Shown here: positions 1 through 12,601 of the stretch, one piece after another
How the letters are laid out: every line of letters starts with the position of its first letter
Position numbering within the stretch: the first letter of the stretch is position 1
Assembly: GCF_001194135.2 (NCBI RefSeq)
Contig: NC_068981.1
Coordinates: 13,473,699-13,525,810 of the forward strand
Direction: 5' to 3'
Source of the DNA: Octopus bimaculoides
Lineage: Eukaryota
Length of the DNA stretch: 52,112 nucleotides
Program-made: the position numbers and the translations under genes
The notes under the pieces: generated by a model
What the model was told of the DNA's origin: nothing
The model's input: only the letters and a program-made list of their open reading frames with translations
The model's database searches: none

Positions 1-1067
1 TATATATATATATATATATGCACACGCATATACACGTGTGTGTGTGTGTGAAAAATTTATGAATGTTTCTATTTTGTTTGCGTATATATGTGTGGACGTT
101 GTGTGGAGATTTGTAAATAGGCTCACGTGCGAGTTTATATGACTTAATTTCTTCCGTATAGGAATATGTCAATATAGCTTGCCATAAATTTACAATATTT
201 CCCTTATAAAAGCAGTGGTGACTAAGCATTTTCAGGAAGTTACATCTCTTTTATGAATCTCAAATGCCTTTGCTTCTTTAGAATTATTTCATATTCACAA
301 TACAAAAATTAAATTCCAAATGTGACATTTGCTATTTCAAATTTCATTTGCTAATCTCAAATATTCAAATTCTTCAGAGTGTATTACCTGTTGTTGGGTT
401 ACCAATTACATTCGTTTCGAAGGAGTAGAATACATGAAAAGTTTTAATATTCATGTATTTTTGGCAATATAGTTTCCTGATTTATGAAATCGAAACTGCG
501 TATATAATTCTACTCATGCTTTCATTTTCAATGTGCAGTTCTAAATTTAAATCGACATTTCTCCGATACAGTACATATATACGAAAGGAATACTGACAAT
601 AAAAAATATTTTAAAAAAATAATCGAAGCATATTTCTGTATTCTCCAGGATTATGTTCTCAAATTTGAATGTATATGGTCTTGTATTTTGCCATAGCATA
701 TAATTTGAAATTATTAATGGATTTCCTCAAAAGCAATTCTTCATTCGAGTCATATACGTGGAATAAATATTCATTCGATTCTGCGCTTCAAAATCGTGTG
801 TGTATATTTGAGTGCGGGCGTGTGTATGCATGCACGTATATTTGTAAATTATTGCCATAATACACACGCATAAAGTAGTAATATAGCATTTCAACATGTC
901 ATAGCACCTATTTCAAGTCGATAGCCTAATTAATTTTAAAGCGGTTAGATTAGAAATACATAGGAATATGCTCATCACCATAAATATTTACATTCTCAAG
1001 CACATAAAACTCATATGCGCGCAATACCATCAAACATGCGTTTGTGAGTTGCATTTTGAAATTTCAT

Positions 1068-1109
<42 letters not shown>

Positions 1110-1520
1110 NNNNNNNNNNNNNNNNNNNNNNNNNNNNNNNNNNNNNNNNNNNNNNNNNNNNNNNNNNNNNNNNNNNNNNNNNNNNNNNNNNNNNNNNNNN
1201 NNNNNNNNNNNNNNNNNNNNNNNNNNNNNNNNNNNNNNNNNNNNNNNNNNNNNNNNNNNNNNNNNNNNNNNNNNNNNNNNNNNNNNNNNNNNNNNNNNNN
1301 NNNNNNNNNNNNNNNNNNNNNNNNNNNNNNNNNNNNNNNNNNNNNNNNNNNNNNNNNNNNNNNNNNNNNNNNNNNNNNNNNNNNNNNNNNNNNNNNNNNN
1401 NNNNNNNNNNNNNNNNNNNNNNNNNNNNNNNNNNNNNNNNNNNNNNNNNNNNNNNNNNNNNNNNNNNNNNNNNNNNNNNNNNNNNNNNNNNNNNNNNNNN
1501 NNNNNNNNNNGAGATGTATG

Positions 1521-1565
<45 letters not shown>

Positions 1566-2939
1566 CGGCAAGGTTTGCTTCTTCGGAAGAAAGAAATTTT
1601 ACTGGAATATTTGAAATGTATGATAGTCCTTCATGCTCTCTGTATAATTCTTACAGAGTGAATAGCCAAAATGCAACTTACACGGCGTCCCCCTCGGCTT
1701 AATTTTCCAGATTGTTACTTTTACCGTGTGAACGAAAAGAAAAAATTGTTGGAGAGATTAAACTTATTTTGATTTACTGTTTGACCCCAGACATTAGGAT
1801 TCGCTTCTTCCAATGTCAAATGAATTAATTTAATTTCATGAATACAATGTTTGTCTACGTTGACCTCCGCGTAAGTTCCATTAAATTTCGTTTTAAATTA
1901 CTTATAAACTTAATCAGATGCACGAATTAGTGTCTATGTACGATTGTAAATTTATAATCTGGTTTAAAATGATTTGCAGTTCAACATAAATGTTAGTCTC
2001 GAGCTAGTTTGCAACTAAATACTTTCATTCAGTAGGAGGCTAATCTTCGCAAAATGTCCGGTTATCACTACCAAGAATATCTGACCGGTTATGAATAGAT
2101 TTTCCGGTCTAACACAACTGCACAAGATTCTTCAGGATACCGATTCAATGAATGCATGTATATATGCATAAGTAATGTGTGTATGTATGCATGTATGGCT
2201 GTATGAATGTGTAAATATTGCAGGCCCGTATGTCTATGTATTATACGTATATTCACATCTATTAGAAAGACCGTGTTCTCAAATAGGACCAACCATGGGC
2301 ACCGGACCAGAAATATTACTTGGAGACCTGTGATGGATTATCGCATCCCCATGGCATGAAACGGCTTGTAGTGCACATTATAATATATATGTGTATANNN
2401 NNNNNNNNNNNNNNNNNNNNNNNNNNNNNNNNNNNNNNNNNNNNNNNNNNNNNNNNNNNNNNNNNNNNNNNNNNNNNNNNNNNNNNNNNNNNNNNNNNNN
2501 NNNNNNNNNNNNNNNNNNNNNNNNNNNNNNNNNNNNNNNNNNNNNNNNNNNNNNNNNNNNNNNNNNNNNNNNNNNNNNNNNNNNNNNNNNNNNNNNNNNN
2601 NNNNNNNNNNNNNNNNNNNNNNNNNNNNNNNNNNNNNNNNNNNNNNNNNNNNNNNNNNNNNNNNNNNNNNNNNNNNNNNNNNNNNNNNNNNNNNNNNNNN
2701 NNNNNNNNNNNNNNNNNNNNNNNNNNNNNNNNNNNNNNNNNNNNNNNNNNNNNNNNNNNNNNNNNNNNNNNNNNNNNNNNNNNNNNNNNNNNNNNNNNNN
2801 NNNNNNNNNNNNNNNNNNNNNNNNNNNNNNNNNNNNNNNNNNNNNNNNNNNNNNNNNNNNNNNNNNTGTAATATGTATAAGAGAAATTAAAAAAAAGGAA
2901 AATACACACACTTTACATAGTTTTAATATAATTTTTAAT

Positions 2940-2975
2940 ATATCGACCGGTTTCGCTTTCGTTATTCATGATATT
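2940..2975 (-). ncRNA. Decayed minimal hammerhead-like motif
   Basis: The minus strand reads ATATC-ATGAATA-AC GAAA GC-GAAA-CCG-GTC-GATAT. Stem I (5 bp), GAAA, the palindromic ACCGGT stem III and the GUC site are intact. The core and stem II differ from CTGANGA-GC at 3 constrained positions. Confidence 0.4.
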
Positions 2976-3499
2976 ATGGTTTACTTATTTGAATATGTAT
3001 TTTCTTAAGAAGAAAGTTTTGTTCATGTTGTGTGTGATGATATTTACGAGTGAATAGCTTCACAAGTAGAAGAATAGGGGGAGGTAATTGGCTATCGTTA
3101 TTATTGTTGTTGTTGTTGTTGTGGATCGGTGGGGTCCTGGACATCGCCTTAGTTGGTGGTTCTCTAGTATCGAGAAGATTGTTTCATTCATTTCAATACA
3201 TATTTTGCATACAATGTATATTATAAATTCCAACTCGCTCCTTCTTTTTCCCTTCACCGCTTTAAACACTCGCACAAATTGTTAGCCGTCTTTGTAAGTC
3301 CCTTTCTCATGTGATCCCATTATAGCAAATAAAGAAGATATTATTATTATTAATATTGTTGTTATTTTTTTTTATTGCTTGTATTATTGAGTTGCTACAG
3401 CAACTTCAACTAATGCTACCTTTATATTATTTACTCACGCTTCTCCGTTTCTTTAGTTCTTAATCACATTAGTCACGATTGTCATTTTACTCACCATTA

Positions 3500-3742
3500 C
3501 TACCACCAACAATGCGCCCGGCAACCATTATTAAAGCCACCATCACGACGTCGACGGCCACCACCACCACCACCACCACGACCATCGTCGTCGTCGTCAC
3601 CAGCACCATCACCTTCCCATTACCATCGTCCTCGTGTAACTTCTTTATTATGTGTTCATTATATTAGTTACTGTAATTGTCAACATCAACCATCATCATC
3701 GTCATCGTCATCATCATCATCATCATTAGCAGCAGCAGCAGT
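3500..3742. repeat. Compound trinucleotide microsatellite (ACC)/(GTC)/(ATC)/(AGC)
   Basis: Directly visible runs: accaccacc, gtcgtcgtc, atcatcatc, agcagcagc. Confidence 0.9.
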
Positions 3743-4192
3743 AATTGTAGCATGATAGATATTTCTTTTGTTATTCACCATCTCTCTCTATATACGATAA
3801 ATCCACGAGTTATTCAGCTGCAATACCACAAATGTATCTAATATTCGTTTCGTGGAATACGAAATTATATTTAAGTGATAGATGGTCTTGTAGTATCTTT
3901 AGAACCACATTAGCCAAAACATTATCAACTGACGTTTATTGATGCTGTTGCCCATTATAAACATCTATCGTTAATGCTTGAATCGGATTCGCGGATTGAA
4001 CAGAAATAACAGGCTGAAAGTGATTTTCGAGCGAATGAAAATACTATAGCTGTAAGAAATTTCATATAAAACAGCGGCGTGTCTCTTATCAAAGAAGTGG
4101 TTTGATCCTTCTTTCGATGTACAATTTAATCATTAGCAGCGATGCGTGGTTTTATTTGTATTATGTGTTAAGGAGGAGAAAGATAAACTTAC

Positions 4193-4359
4193 ACCGAGCC
4201 TATGAAAGTTTTATATCGCCGTATACATTCAAAGACCTGGTAATGAATTCACTAAAGCTGAAACTTCTAAAATGAACCCATATGGATTTTAAGTCGCAAT
4301 GTGTGATACGTGTTTCTTACAACGTGGTGTACGAAGGTTCTAAGCGCAATGCCCGCTTC
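4193..4359 (-). other. Candidate micro-exon pair (4359-4321, 4236-4193) with 84-nt intron
   Basis: AG acceptors with GTAAGA and GTAAGT donors. The joined frame is open: EAGIALRTFVHHV|VFECIRRYKTFIGS. No homology recognised and the first acceptor is weak. Confidence 0.2.
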
Positions 4360-5576
4360 CTGGCCAATCCAATAAAATGACAGTGATTTTTCAATATTCA
4401 CATAAGGCATGTAGCTATAATGTTGCTATACAAATGTGTAATATCATGCTCAAAGGGTTTAATATAAATGCTGCGTATGCATTCCCTATTCGTGCTTAAG
4501 GTAAAAAAATTACTATCGAGATAGATGTTTCCCGCATTTAGCAATCTATGCATATGAAACATTTCGGTGATTTTAATTAGAATTTTCTCTAAGAACAGAA
4601 GCAGCAGTGTCAAGAATCGAATGCAAAAGAAAACTATTTTGTATTTCCTCCACGGAAGAAATAGAAAGTATTGATTCGATGTTTGATGACGCTACAAAAA
4701 TGAATGTGTATTCATAAAAAATATATTATTTCTGACATTGACGTGGTCTGAGGCAAGTAAAAGATTTTTCCTAAAAACACAATTATTTCTCTCAGTCATG
4801 TTGCCTAATCTGTATGTGATCATTGGTTTATAAATCGGTTATTTTTCTTTATCTTCAACGGAATATTCCTGTCAGAGAATGTCATTACAAAGCAAATCTT
4901 CTTTACGTTAGCATGTCATTCTATCATTCTATCATTCTATGTAGCATTGATTATGTCATATGTGGCTTTATTAATATTTTATGGAGTCAAAGGCGGTTTA
5001 TTGGTATAATCGTTACAGCGTCGCGCAGAGTGACTTGACGTGTTTGCTTATACCGCTTGCATTCTGATTTCAAATCCGGCCGAATTCAACTTGAATTTTA
5101 TACTCGATAAAATAAAAAACAGTCAAGTACAATGACCGACAAAAATAAAATAACATTGAAGGGATGTGGCAGATAACATCGTCTATCTCCCAAAATATAT
5201 CACGTAATGACAATGAAGTGAATACCTTTTTTTTTCTCTTTCTTGTGTAACTATTGGTTTTTGACATCAGCATCAACTGATGATAAACGAATGCATGTAT
5301 TATGAACATTTTAGCTTAAAGGAAATCAGCAGTTTAAAAAATACATATTATTCCCAAGCGAAAATACTTATAAGTATCGATTTAAATGGGATAATATATT
5401 CGTTTACAAAGAGAGCCGGATAGGATTTAGAACCCACCAATGACTTGAAGGCATTAAGAGTTAACATTTATTATATTGGTAGATTTTCACTCTCTAAGAC
5501 GACAGTGTTAATAGTATATACCTAATTATAAACGTATATATCTAATTATGTGTAGTGTAACACGCATCTTCCACTT

Positions 5577-5686
5577 CGCCATTTTTTGGCTTATCAACAT
5601 CGCGTACTTGAACCGAACCGGAAGTGAACTGAATTTCCTGTCCATGACTACATGTAAAATGGTGTACAATCCATCTATTGGTATGT
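5577..5686. promoter_or_regulatory. Possible promoter motif cluster (YY1, ETS, CCAAT)
   Basis: CGCCATTTT at 5577-5585 (YY1-type AAAATGGCG on minus), AACCGGAAGT at 5616-5625 (ETS), ATTGG at 5677-5681, in a locally CpG-richer patch. Confidence 0.3.
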
Positions 5687-5836
5687 CCAGATAATGCGTA
5701 CGTAGGAATAAATTGAAATATTAATTGGAAGCGGCACTAGTGTTGCAAACGTTATCGACCACACATACACAATGTATATGTATTTCCGATCGTGACTGCA
5801 ACACCCTAACCACTAAGCTATGCGTCTATATATGTA

Positions 5837-5877
<41 letters not shown>

Positions 5878-5974
5878 ATGCGTGTGTGTGTAAACATATA
5901 CTTATCCATAGAGTTTAAATTTACTAAAAGAAAAAAAACCAAAGACGAAGACAGGTGTGTAAACAACAAACAGT

Positions 5975-6044
5975 TGTATTAGTTTAACGCTCGGGAAGTT
6001 GAGAAAGTCTTTTACGTTTTGAACCTACGCTCTTCAAAGAAAAG
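5975..6044 (-). mobile_element. PLE-like repeat terminus with variant hammerhead-like fold (copy 1, decayed)
   Basis: Similar to 31555-31628 and 38590-38660. Minus strand: CTTT-CTTTGAA-GAGC GTAG GTTC-AAAA-CGTA-AAAG. Confidence 0.55.
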
Positions 6045-6164
6045 CTGAATGTCGCGCCCGAATTTAGAGCTGTTTAGCTCTTTTCTCTTATGTAACCAAA
6101 CTGTGGTGACATTTTCTGCTATATATTTTGCCCTAATGAATGATAGAGTCAAATATGTAGGGGC

Positions 6165-6245
6165 TGATTAATCCGAATAAAAATCCTTGAAGGCGTCGCC
6201 GCAGCATTGCCATAGTCTAATGGCTGAAACATGTAACAGATAGAA
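6165..6245 (+). mobile_element. SINE family B 3' end, degenerate
   Basis: ggcgtcgccgcagcattgccatagtctaatggctgaaacatgtaacaga resembles the family tail ggtgctccagcatggccgcagtcaaatgactgaaacaagtaaaaga. Confidence 0.55.
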
Positions 6246-6930
6246 GATAGAAAAGTCGAAAAAGAAATGTTACTTGTAATCTAGTTTGAGTGCTTAACTG
6301 TTATGAATAATTATTGTATTGCTGAAACATTTCATGTGAATATGAAATAATTATTTGGTTCCTAAATTTTCGGAACATTAATTTATATATGTTGCGTTTA
6401 CTGAGCAATTATAAATAAATTGAGAAGCAGCGGATGAGAGATAAAGAAAGGTGTATTTGTGTGCACATACATATGCATACATATGTGCCTGTGTGCGCCA
6501 ATTAGACTAGACACAATCATACACACATGCATAAGGGAAAGTAATAAGAACTTCTTGAAAAGTGAAATGAAGGTAACAGAAATCTGGTGTTCCGAAAATG
6601 GAAGTGTTATTAATGAATTTAAAAGTGTGCTGTAAATTAATCTTATAATTTGTATTTCTTAATAAATGATTTTTTTTTTATTTACTAATATTTGGGTCGT
6701 GTTATTGTCTTGGCGTTGATAAAAGGCGAGACTAATAATTTGGGCAATTAGATTTTTCGTATATGTCCAAATGTTCCTGAGATCAACTATTAATCTTGTA
6801 ATAAAGATGAGTTTGGTCTATTTGATATAATCTCCGCCACATTCATTGAACTTGATGGCATATATTAATTTTCTTTGAAGTGCAAATAAAGTAGATTTAC
6901 ACAATAAAAAATTATCCCGCTTTAAAATTA

Positions 6931-7300
6931 TATGATCTGTCCTCAATAACTTTCGCAATCAGAGCCGCCTCACTGGACGTTAACTGATAGAGAACTGAGC
7001 CACGTTCTCCCTATAAAAACAAAGGATTTTAAAACACCGACAAGAAAAGATGCAGTTGCGAATCAGCTCCATATAATCTGCACATTTGATTAGTATATTT
7101 GTCACAGTCACTAGATTATGGATAAAATTGTGTACGCTTTAAGCACTGATATCGACCAACCCCTAACCGAAAACCAGCGTTGGACAAAATGTTTTGCTGT
7201 ATTTCTTTCGACAGTTATACGTTTAGAAATCAAATCCCGATCTGGTTCAAAAAATAATATAACAGTCGTGTAATGGTGTTGGTAGTTTTCACTAACCTCA
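6931..7300 (+). mobile_element. Highly decayed Tc1/mariner remnant
   Basis: TA-initiated TIR-like tatgatctgtcctcaataactttcgc. Broken frames give VANQL and PLTENQRWTKC, resembling mariner IA..L and LT..QK..R...C. Confidence 0.35.
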
Positions 7301-8424
7301 CTCAAATTTAAGGTATTGTGCTTCTACTGCTCAATACACTTCACAACTTGAATGCATTAATGGTGTATTAAATGGAACCCATAGTTTTGCATTGCACCCA
7401 CCACATCTCTAAGAGAAGACAAGATGTCATCAGTCTCCTGCTTTCCACTTCCTGGCTGTTTTCACCACTGGTGGGTTATGCCTGATTTCCATGTCCTTCG
7501 ATTTTCTCAGCACCATCACCGTCTGTATCTTCCCCAGTTTATATATTTCGACTATTGACGCTAGTGGTAACTGCAATTTTTATTTTATTTATCGATCCAT
7601 ACTAGCGATAAATGATAATTTTAACCTGAATACTATTTCGACGTAGAGTCGTGAGTAAATACTTCAATCATTTTATAACGAGCCCCAAACATTAATTTAG
7701 TTCTGGCCAGCCGTAATTATAGCGCTATGATCAAACACATGTCAACCGTGTCCACAGTTTTTCTCGTATTACTATCGGAATAGCCTTTATTGAAGAGCCT
7801 CTGTTTTAAGACGGAAGAATATGGTTCAGTGGAGATTCAGCTGCTATCTATAGTGTGTCGATTGAAGTTTACACGTTCAATAAGTGTAATCCGATATTTT
7901 ACGTTTTGATATTCCTGCATCACATAGAACAATGATGAATCTAATTTATTTCTACGATGTTTTATCGCCACTGTTGTATCTATGGAAACAGAATATCTGA
8001 ATATTGTCTGCAACAACCCTTACACTAGTCTCTGTGATGTTATTTGAAGAATTTCCTATCTTTACTCGTGAAACGTAGCGGGTTATTTGTTGTTCGTTTT
8101 TTGCCGAATGTGGCAATACTAAGAAGGATAAATATGTACATTTCCAATAAGCCTCTGTTTGACAATATCCTTTTAGTAACTAAGATATCTATTGACCACA
8201 ACACGTAAGTCTCTTGTAATACTTTTGCTTGTGTTTTAATTATAGCTTAATATTTTGTTACACGATTTCTCGCTCGTCACGCTTAGATAAACAAGGGAGT
8301 CATGAAAACCATTGTGACACATAGTCTAGAAGTTGTTGTTACGGCTGAGAAACAGGTTGGTTCTTTGAAACAGATATCAATCAAATTTTTTTCCAGTCGT
8401 GACTTCACCCTATTTTAATAGTTG

Positions 8425-8460
8425 TTGTCGTTGTTGTTGTTGTTGTTGTTGTTGTTGTTG
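8425..8460. repeat. (GTT)n microsatellite
   Basis: Direct inspection. Confidence 0.95.
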
Positions 8461-11400
8461 GAACATATAAACCAGCGTGTTTTATTATTTTTTTTAAGTT
8501 GAGGTGTGGGTTCAAAAAGACATTTCGCTATTTCTATATGGACAAAGTCTATGCAGAGGTATCCAGCTTTGATTCAGTGCAGCCAAAGGGTTGCAAGTGC
8601 TGTGGAATAACACATTTTGGAAGAGACTTAATTGTTGTCTTATCGGACATAGATCTATGAATTGTTTTGTTGCTATTTTGCATCTATAAGAAGCAATATC
8701 TTCTGTATAAACTTTCATCATATTTTCTTCATTTTATTTTCAGTGTTGAACTGTCTGATGCTGTGAAGTCTTTTTAAAAAATAACTTGCAGTATCTATTC
8801 AGGCTTCTGATGTTCTAAGTTCAAATCTCACTGAAGACAAAGTAGTTATACTTCAAGCAGTCTAATCTAGTGCACAGAAAATTTCATATAATTTAGAACG
8901 TTGGACGGTATACCGTGCAGCATTTTATCATGATTTTTTTTCTTTATGAGTTCATATCTCGATCTGGTCTACATAAATGGTAGACGTAATCCCTCGCCAA
9001 ATTTTACACCATCACCCGCAGTTTGAACGTCTTTAGCGGAGTTCACTCCTTTGTAAGCATTCTGGCCGGATCTTCGGTATGAGAATAGCTTACTTGGAGA
9101 CTCTGTAAAAAGTCATGTGCACTGGTTTTCTTCCCGATCAAGTGATAAAGAAATTAGAATATTATAGCTATTGTCAATTCAAAAATATATCTTCACAATA
9201 TTATTAACAGATATACGAAGTGAAAGTCAGGTCTTAAAGCGACGAGGAATAATCTTATTATATTTACAATGAAATACAAAGCATCGGTCATTAATCGTTC
9301 CTAGCATAGTTATTGAATTAATGGAAAGGAAGAGATGCTCCGTAGTATCCATCGTCGTTATCGGATATTCTGTGAGATTCAGTATATTGGCTGAATAAAC
9401 ATGAAAGCAAAGCTGCTGGAAGAACTTGTATCCTAGTTCACTGAACACTCAGTATCAAGAAATAAATGTCAGTTTGAAGTAATAAAAGAATCAATAAGCT
9501 CAAAGTCACTTAGCGACAGGCTCCTTTTTGTGTTAGGACTTTTGTATTCTATCAAGAAACGTCTCCACTATATCAAATGATTCGATGTTTTTGAAGATTA
9601 CCATCGCAACTAACTCCAGAATTATAAATGTCTATAAATATTGTTTTTTCTCCAATTAACATCGATTCAGTTCTAAGTAGATTTGTAATGCTAGTCATTC
9701 TATATTTCTGTTTTGCTTTATTGTATTTTATTTTCTTGGTTCATTTGAAAGATTATAAGAAAAACATCTTTTGTCTATAAGAAGCACTCCCTTTGAAATT
9801 CCTATCGATGAATAATATAAATATGAAAAGTTACCAATTGTTTGCCAATTCTATTCTTGGCAAACAACCAAATATTAAGAATCAATGATCATGTTCGTAT
9901 AAACAGAGAACAATTGGCGACTTTTATATAGTATTTCATTAGTTAATGTGCCAAGAAAGCTTTTATGTCACATTAGAAAACGTTAATTTCATCAGAAAGT
10001 AGAAATAAAGATTTCGAGATTTATTTTTAATTTAATCTTTCTATATAAAGAACTCATGCGAATTGTCTTTAATCGAATTAAGCATTCGTTCTATTTCTAT
10101 CAGTTTTATACGCCAGAAACACTGATTACTGTAAGCACTTAAACTTTTCTGTAATGATTTTACATTAAGTAAATAAATTCAGTCCTTGACTGTTTCAAAT
10201 GGATTTAGAACTAATATTTATCTTAGACATGTCGCTTTCATGCATCACAATATCTCGATCATTTTCTGGCCTTGGACTACCATTTCAGAGTTATCAAAGG
10301 AAAGTAGTTATGAAGACAGCTTTTGTCACAAATAGTTCTTCATGTTCGAGCAGTTTATTTATATCTATTTTATATGATTCTTTCAAATGTAAACACAGCA
10401 GCCTATTTATATCCTTTACATATGAAAGGAAGCGTAAAACATTTAGGTTTGGTTCACTGATAGCAGAAGATTATCTAAATGTTTGTAACAATGCTGTATA
10501 CATCGGTTTATTGTACATGGAGTGGAGGAAGAAATGGATGAAGGATATAGCTACAAAAATATTTTATATTAAAATAATTTAACAACAAACTCATAAACTA
10601 CATATCTTCAGTGCATTGTGAAAGACAGAAACATGTAATATTGGAAATAGAGCGAAATAAAGTGGGATAAGTGATATGCCAATATTGATAAATATTTGAA
10701 CAAAGAAGTAATAATCTTTTCTCTGTTTTTTTTTTTTTCATAAAAATATTAAACATAAAATAAATTTCATCTCAACTACGTTGTTTGGAAGAATAAATCA
10801 AGGCAATATATTAGTTTTTAATATCTAAACCAATTGTGAGACGGCGTTTCAGAAAATGAATTAATGGATCCTATTTTCCTATTTATGTGATTTTGAATGT
10901 CAGACTCAGCCAATGTATTTTCCAACTGTCTGGTTTCATTTATGTGGATTAATGCACACCTTGCTCTGATTTCTGTATATTTCCAAATGTTTAGTTTGGA
11001 ATTACCTCGTGCAAATTAGTAACAGATGCATGTGCATTAGTGTCTATGTACGTATTTTGCTTCTATTTTTAATTATTTGAAGTCTGCCTGTGAAGAACTG
11101 ATTTCTTACAAAGGTTCTATCTTCTAACTTTGGAATGTAGATAGCAAAATGATGTCACATTAAAATTGAGAAAAGTCTTGCATATTTTTACTGTTCCACT
11201 TAAATATTGTACATGTAATGTGGATGTTATATGTGTTTGTATGTATGTGTGTATGTCATTTTTCAAGTTTATTTCACGATTTCATGCCAATAGAGAAAGA
11301 GATATTTCTTACCTAGATCCAAGGCGCCGTCATTGGAATTTCTACATCAAACGTAGATTAATTTTGCTTGTATATAGGTATCTGTGTATGTATGTATGTG

Positions 11401-12601
11401 TGGATATTTGTATGTTTCTTTTATTTATGTATGTATATAATAATAATAATAATAAATAATATATATAAGCATATATACGCATATATATTATGTATATANN
11501 NNNNNNNNNNNNNNNNNNNNNNNNNNNNNNNNNNNNNNNNNNNNNNNNNNNNNNNNNNNNNNNNNNNNNNNNNNNNNNNNNNNNNNNNNNNNNNNNNNNN
11601 NNNNNNNNNNNNNNNNNNNNNNNNNNNNNNNNNNNNNNNNNNNNNNNNNNNNNNNNNNNNNNNNNNNNNNNNNNNNNNNNNNNNNNNNNNNNNNNNNNNN
11701 NNNNNNNNNNNNNNNNNNNNNNNNNNNNNNNNNNNNNNNNNNNNNNNNNNNNNNNNNNNNNNNNNNNNNNNNNNNNNNNNNNNNNNNNNNNNNNNNNNNN
11801 NNNNNNNNNNNNNNNNNNNNNNNNNNNNNNNNNNNNNNNNNNNNNNNNNNNNNNNNNNNNNNNNNNNNNNNNNNNNNNNNNNNNNNNNNNNNNNNNNNNN
11901 NNNNNNNNNNNNNNNNNNNNNNNNNNNNNNNNNNNNNNNNNNNNNNNNNNNNNNNNNNNNNNNNNNNNNNNNNNNNNNNNNNNNNNNNNNNNNNNNNNNN
12001 NNNNNNNNNNNNNNNNNNNNNNNNNNNNNNNNNNNNNNNNNNNNNNNNNNNNNNNNNNNNNNNNNNNNNNNNNNNNNNNNNNNNNNNNNNNNNNNNNNNN
12101 NNNNNNNNNNNNNNNNNNNNNNNNNNNNNNNNNNNNNNNNNNNNNNNNNNNNNNNNNNNNNNNNNNNNNNNNNNNNNNNNNNNNNNNNNNNNNNNNNNNN
12201 NNNNNNNNNNNNNNNNNNNNNNNNNNNNNNNNNNNNNNNNNNNNNNNNNNNNNNNNNNNNNNNNNNNNNNNNNNNNNNNNNNNNNNNNNNNNNNNNNNNN
12301 NNNNNNNNNNNNNNNNNNNNNNNNNNNNNNNNNNNNNNNNNNNNNNNNNNNNNNNNNNNNNNNNNNNNNNNNNNNNNNNNNNNNNNNNNNNNNNNNNNNN
12401 NNNNNNNNNNNNNNNNNNNNNNNNNNNNNNNNNNNNTATGTATATATGAGAAAAGGCTGAGTTTTATTTCATCCTTTACTTTGGGTGGTGCCAAAGGTTG
12501 ATTTCTAATAAAGATTCTTTGCTTTATAGTGGTAGCTTACTATTGTAAGTATTTTTCGAATTTGAAAATGTTATAAGGTGTATTATGAGTATTTATAGAA
12601 G

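Larger units (their letters stand above)
5644..8777 (+). other. Speculative spliced small ORF (5644-5680, 8177-8204, 8744-8777), 32 aa
   Basis: Donors G|GTATGT and C|GTAAGT, acceptors ccttttag and tattttcttcattttattttcag, with consistent phases. Product MTTCKMVYNPSIVTKISIDHNTVELSDAVKSF. No homology recognised. Confidence 0.15.

Noticed and set aside
2075-2140. Minus-strand CTGAAGA...AACCGGTC
   Set aside because: No GAAA in register and no stem II.
10199-10582. 127-aa ORF, the longest free of both gaps and microsatellites
   Set aside because: No recognisable domain or splice context. The length is compatible with chance.
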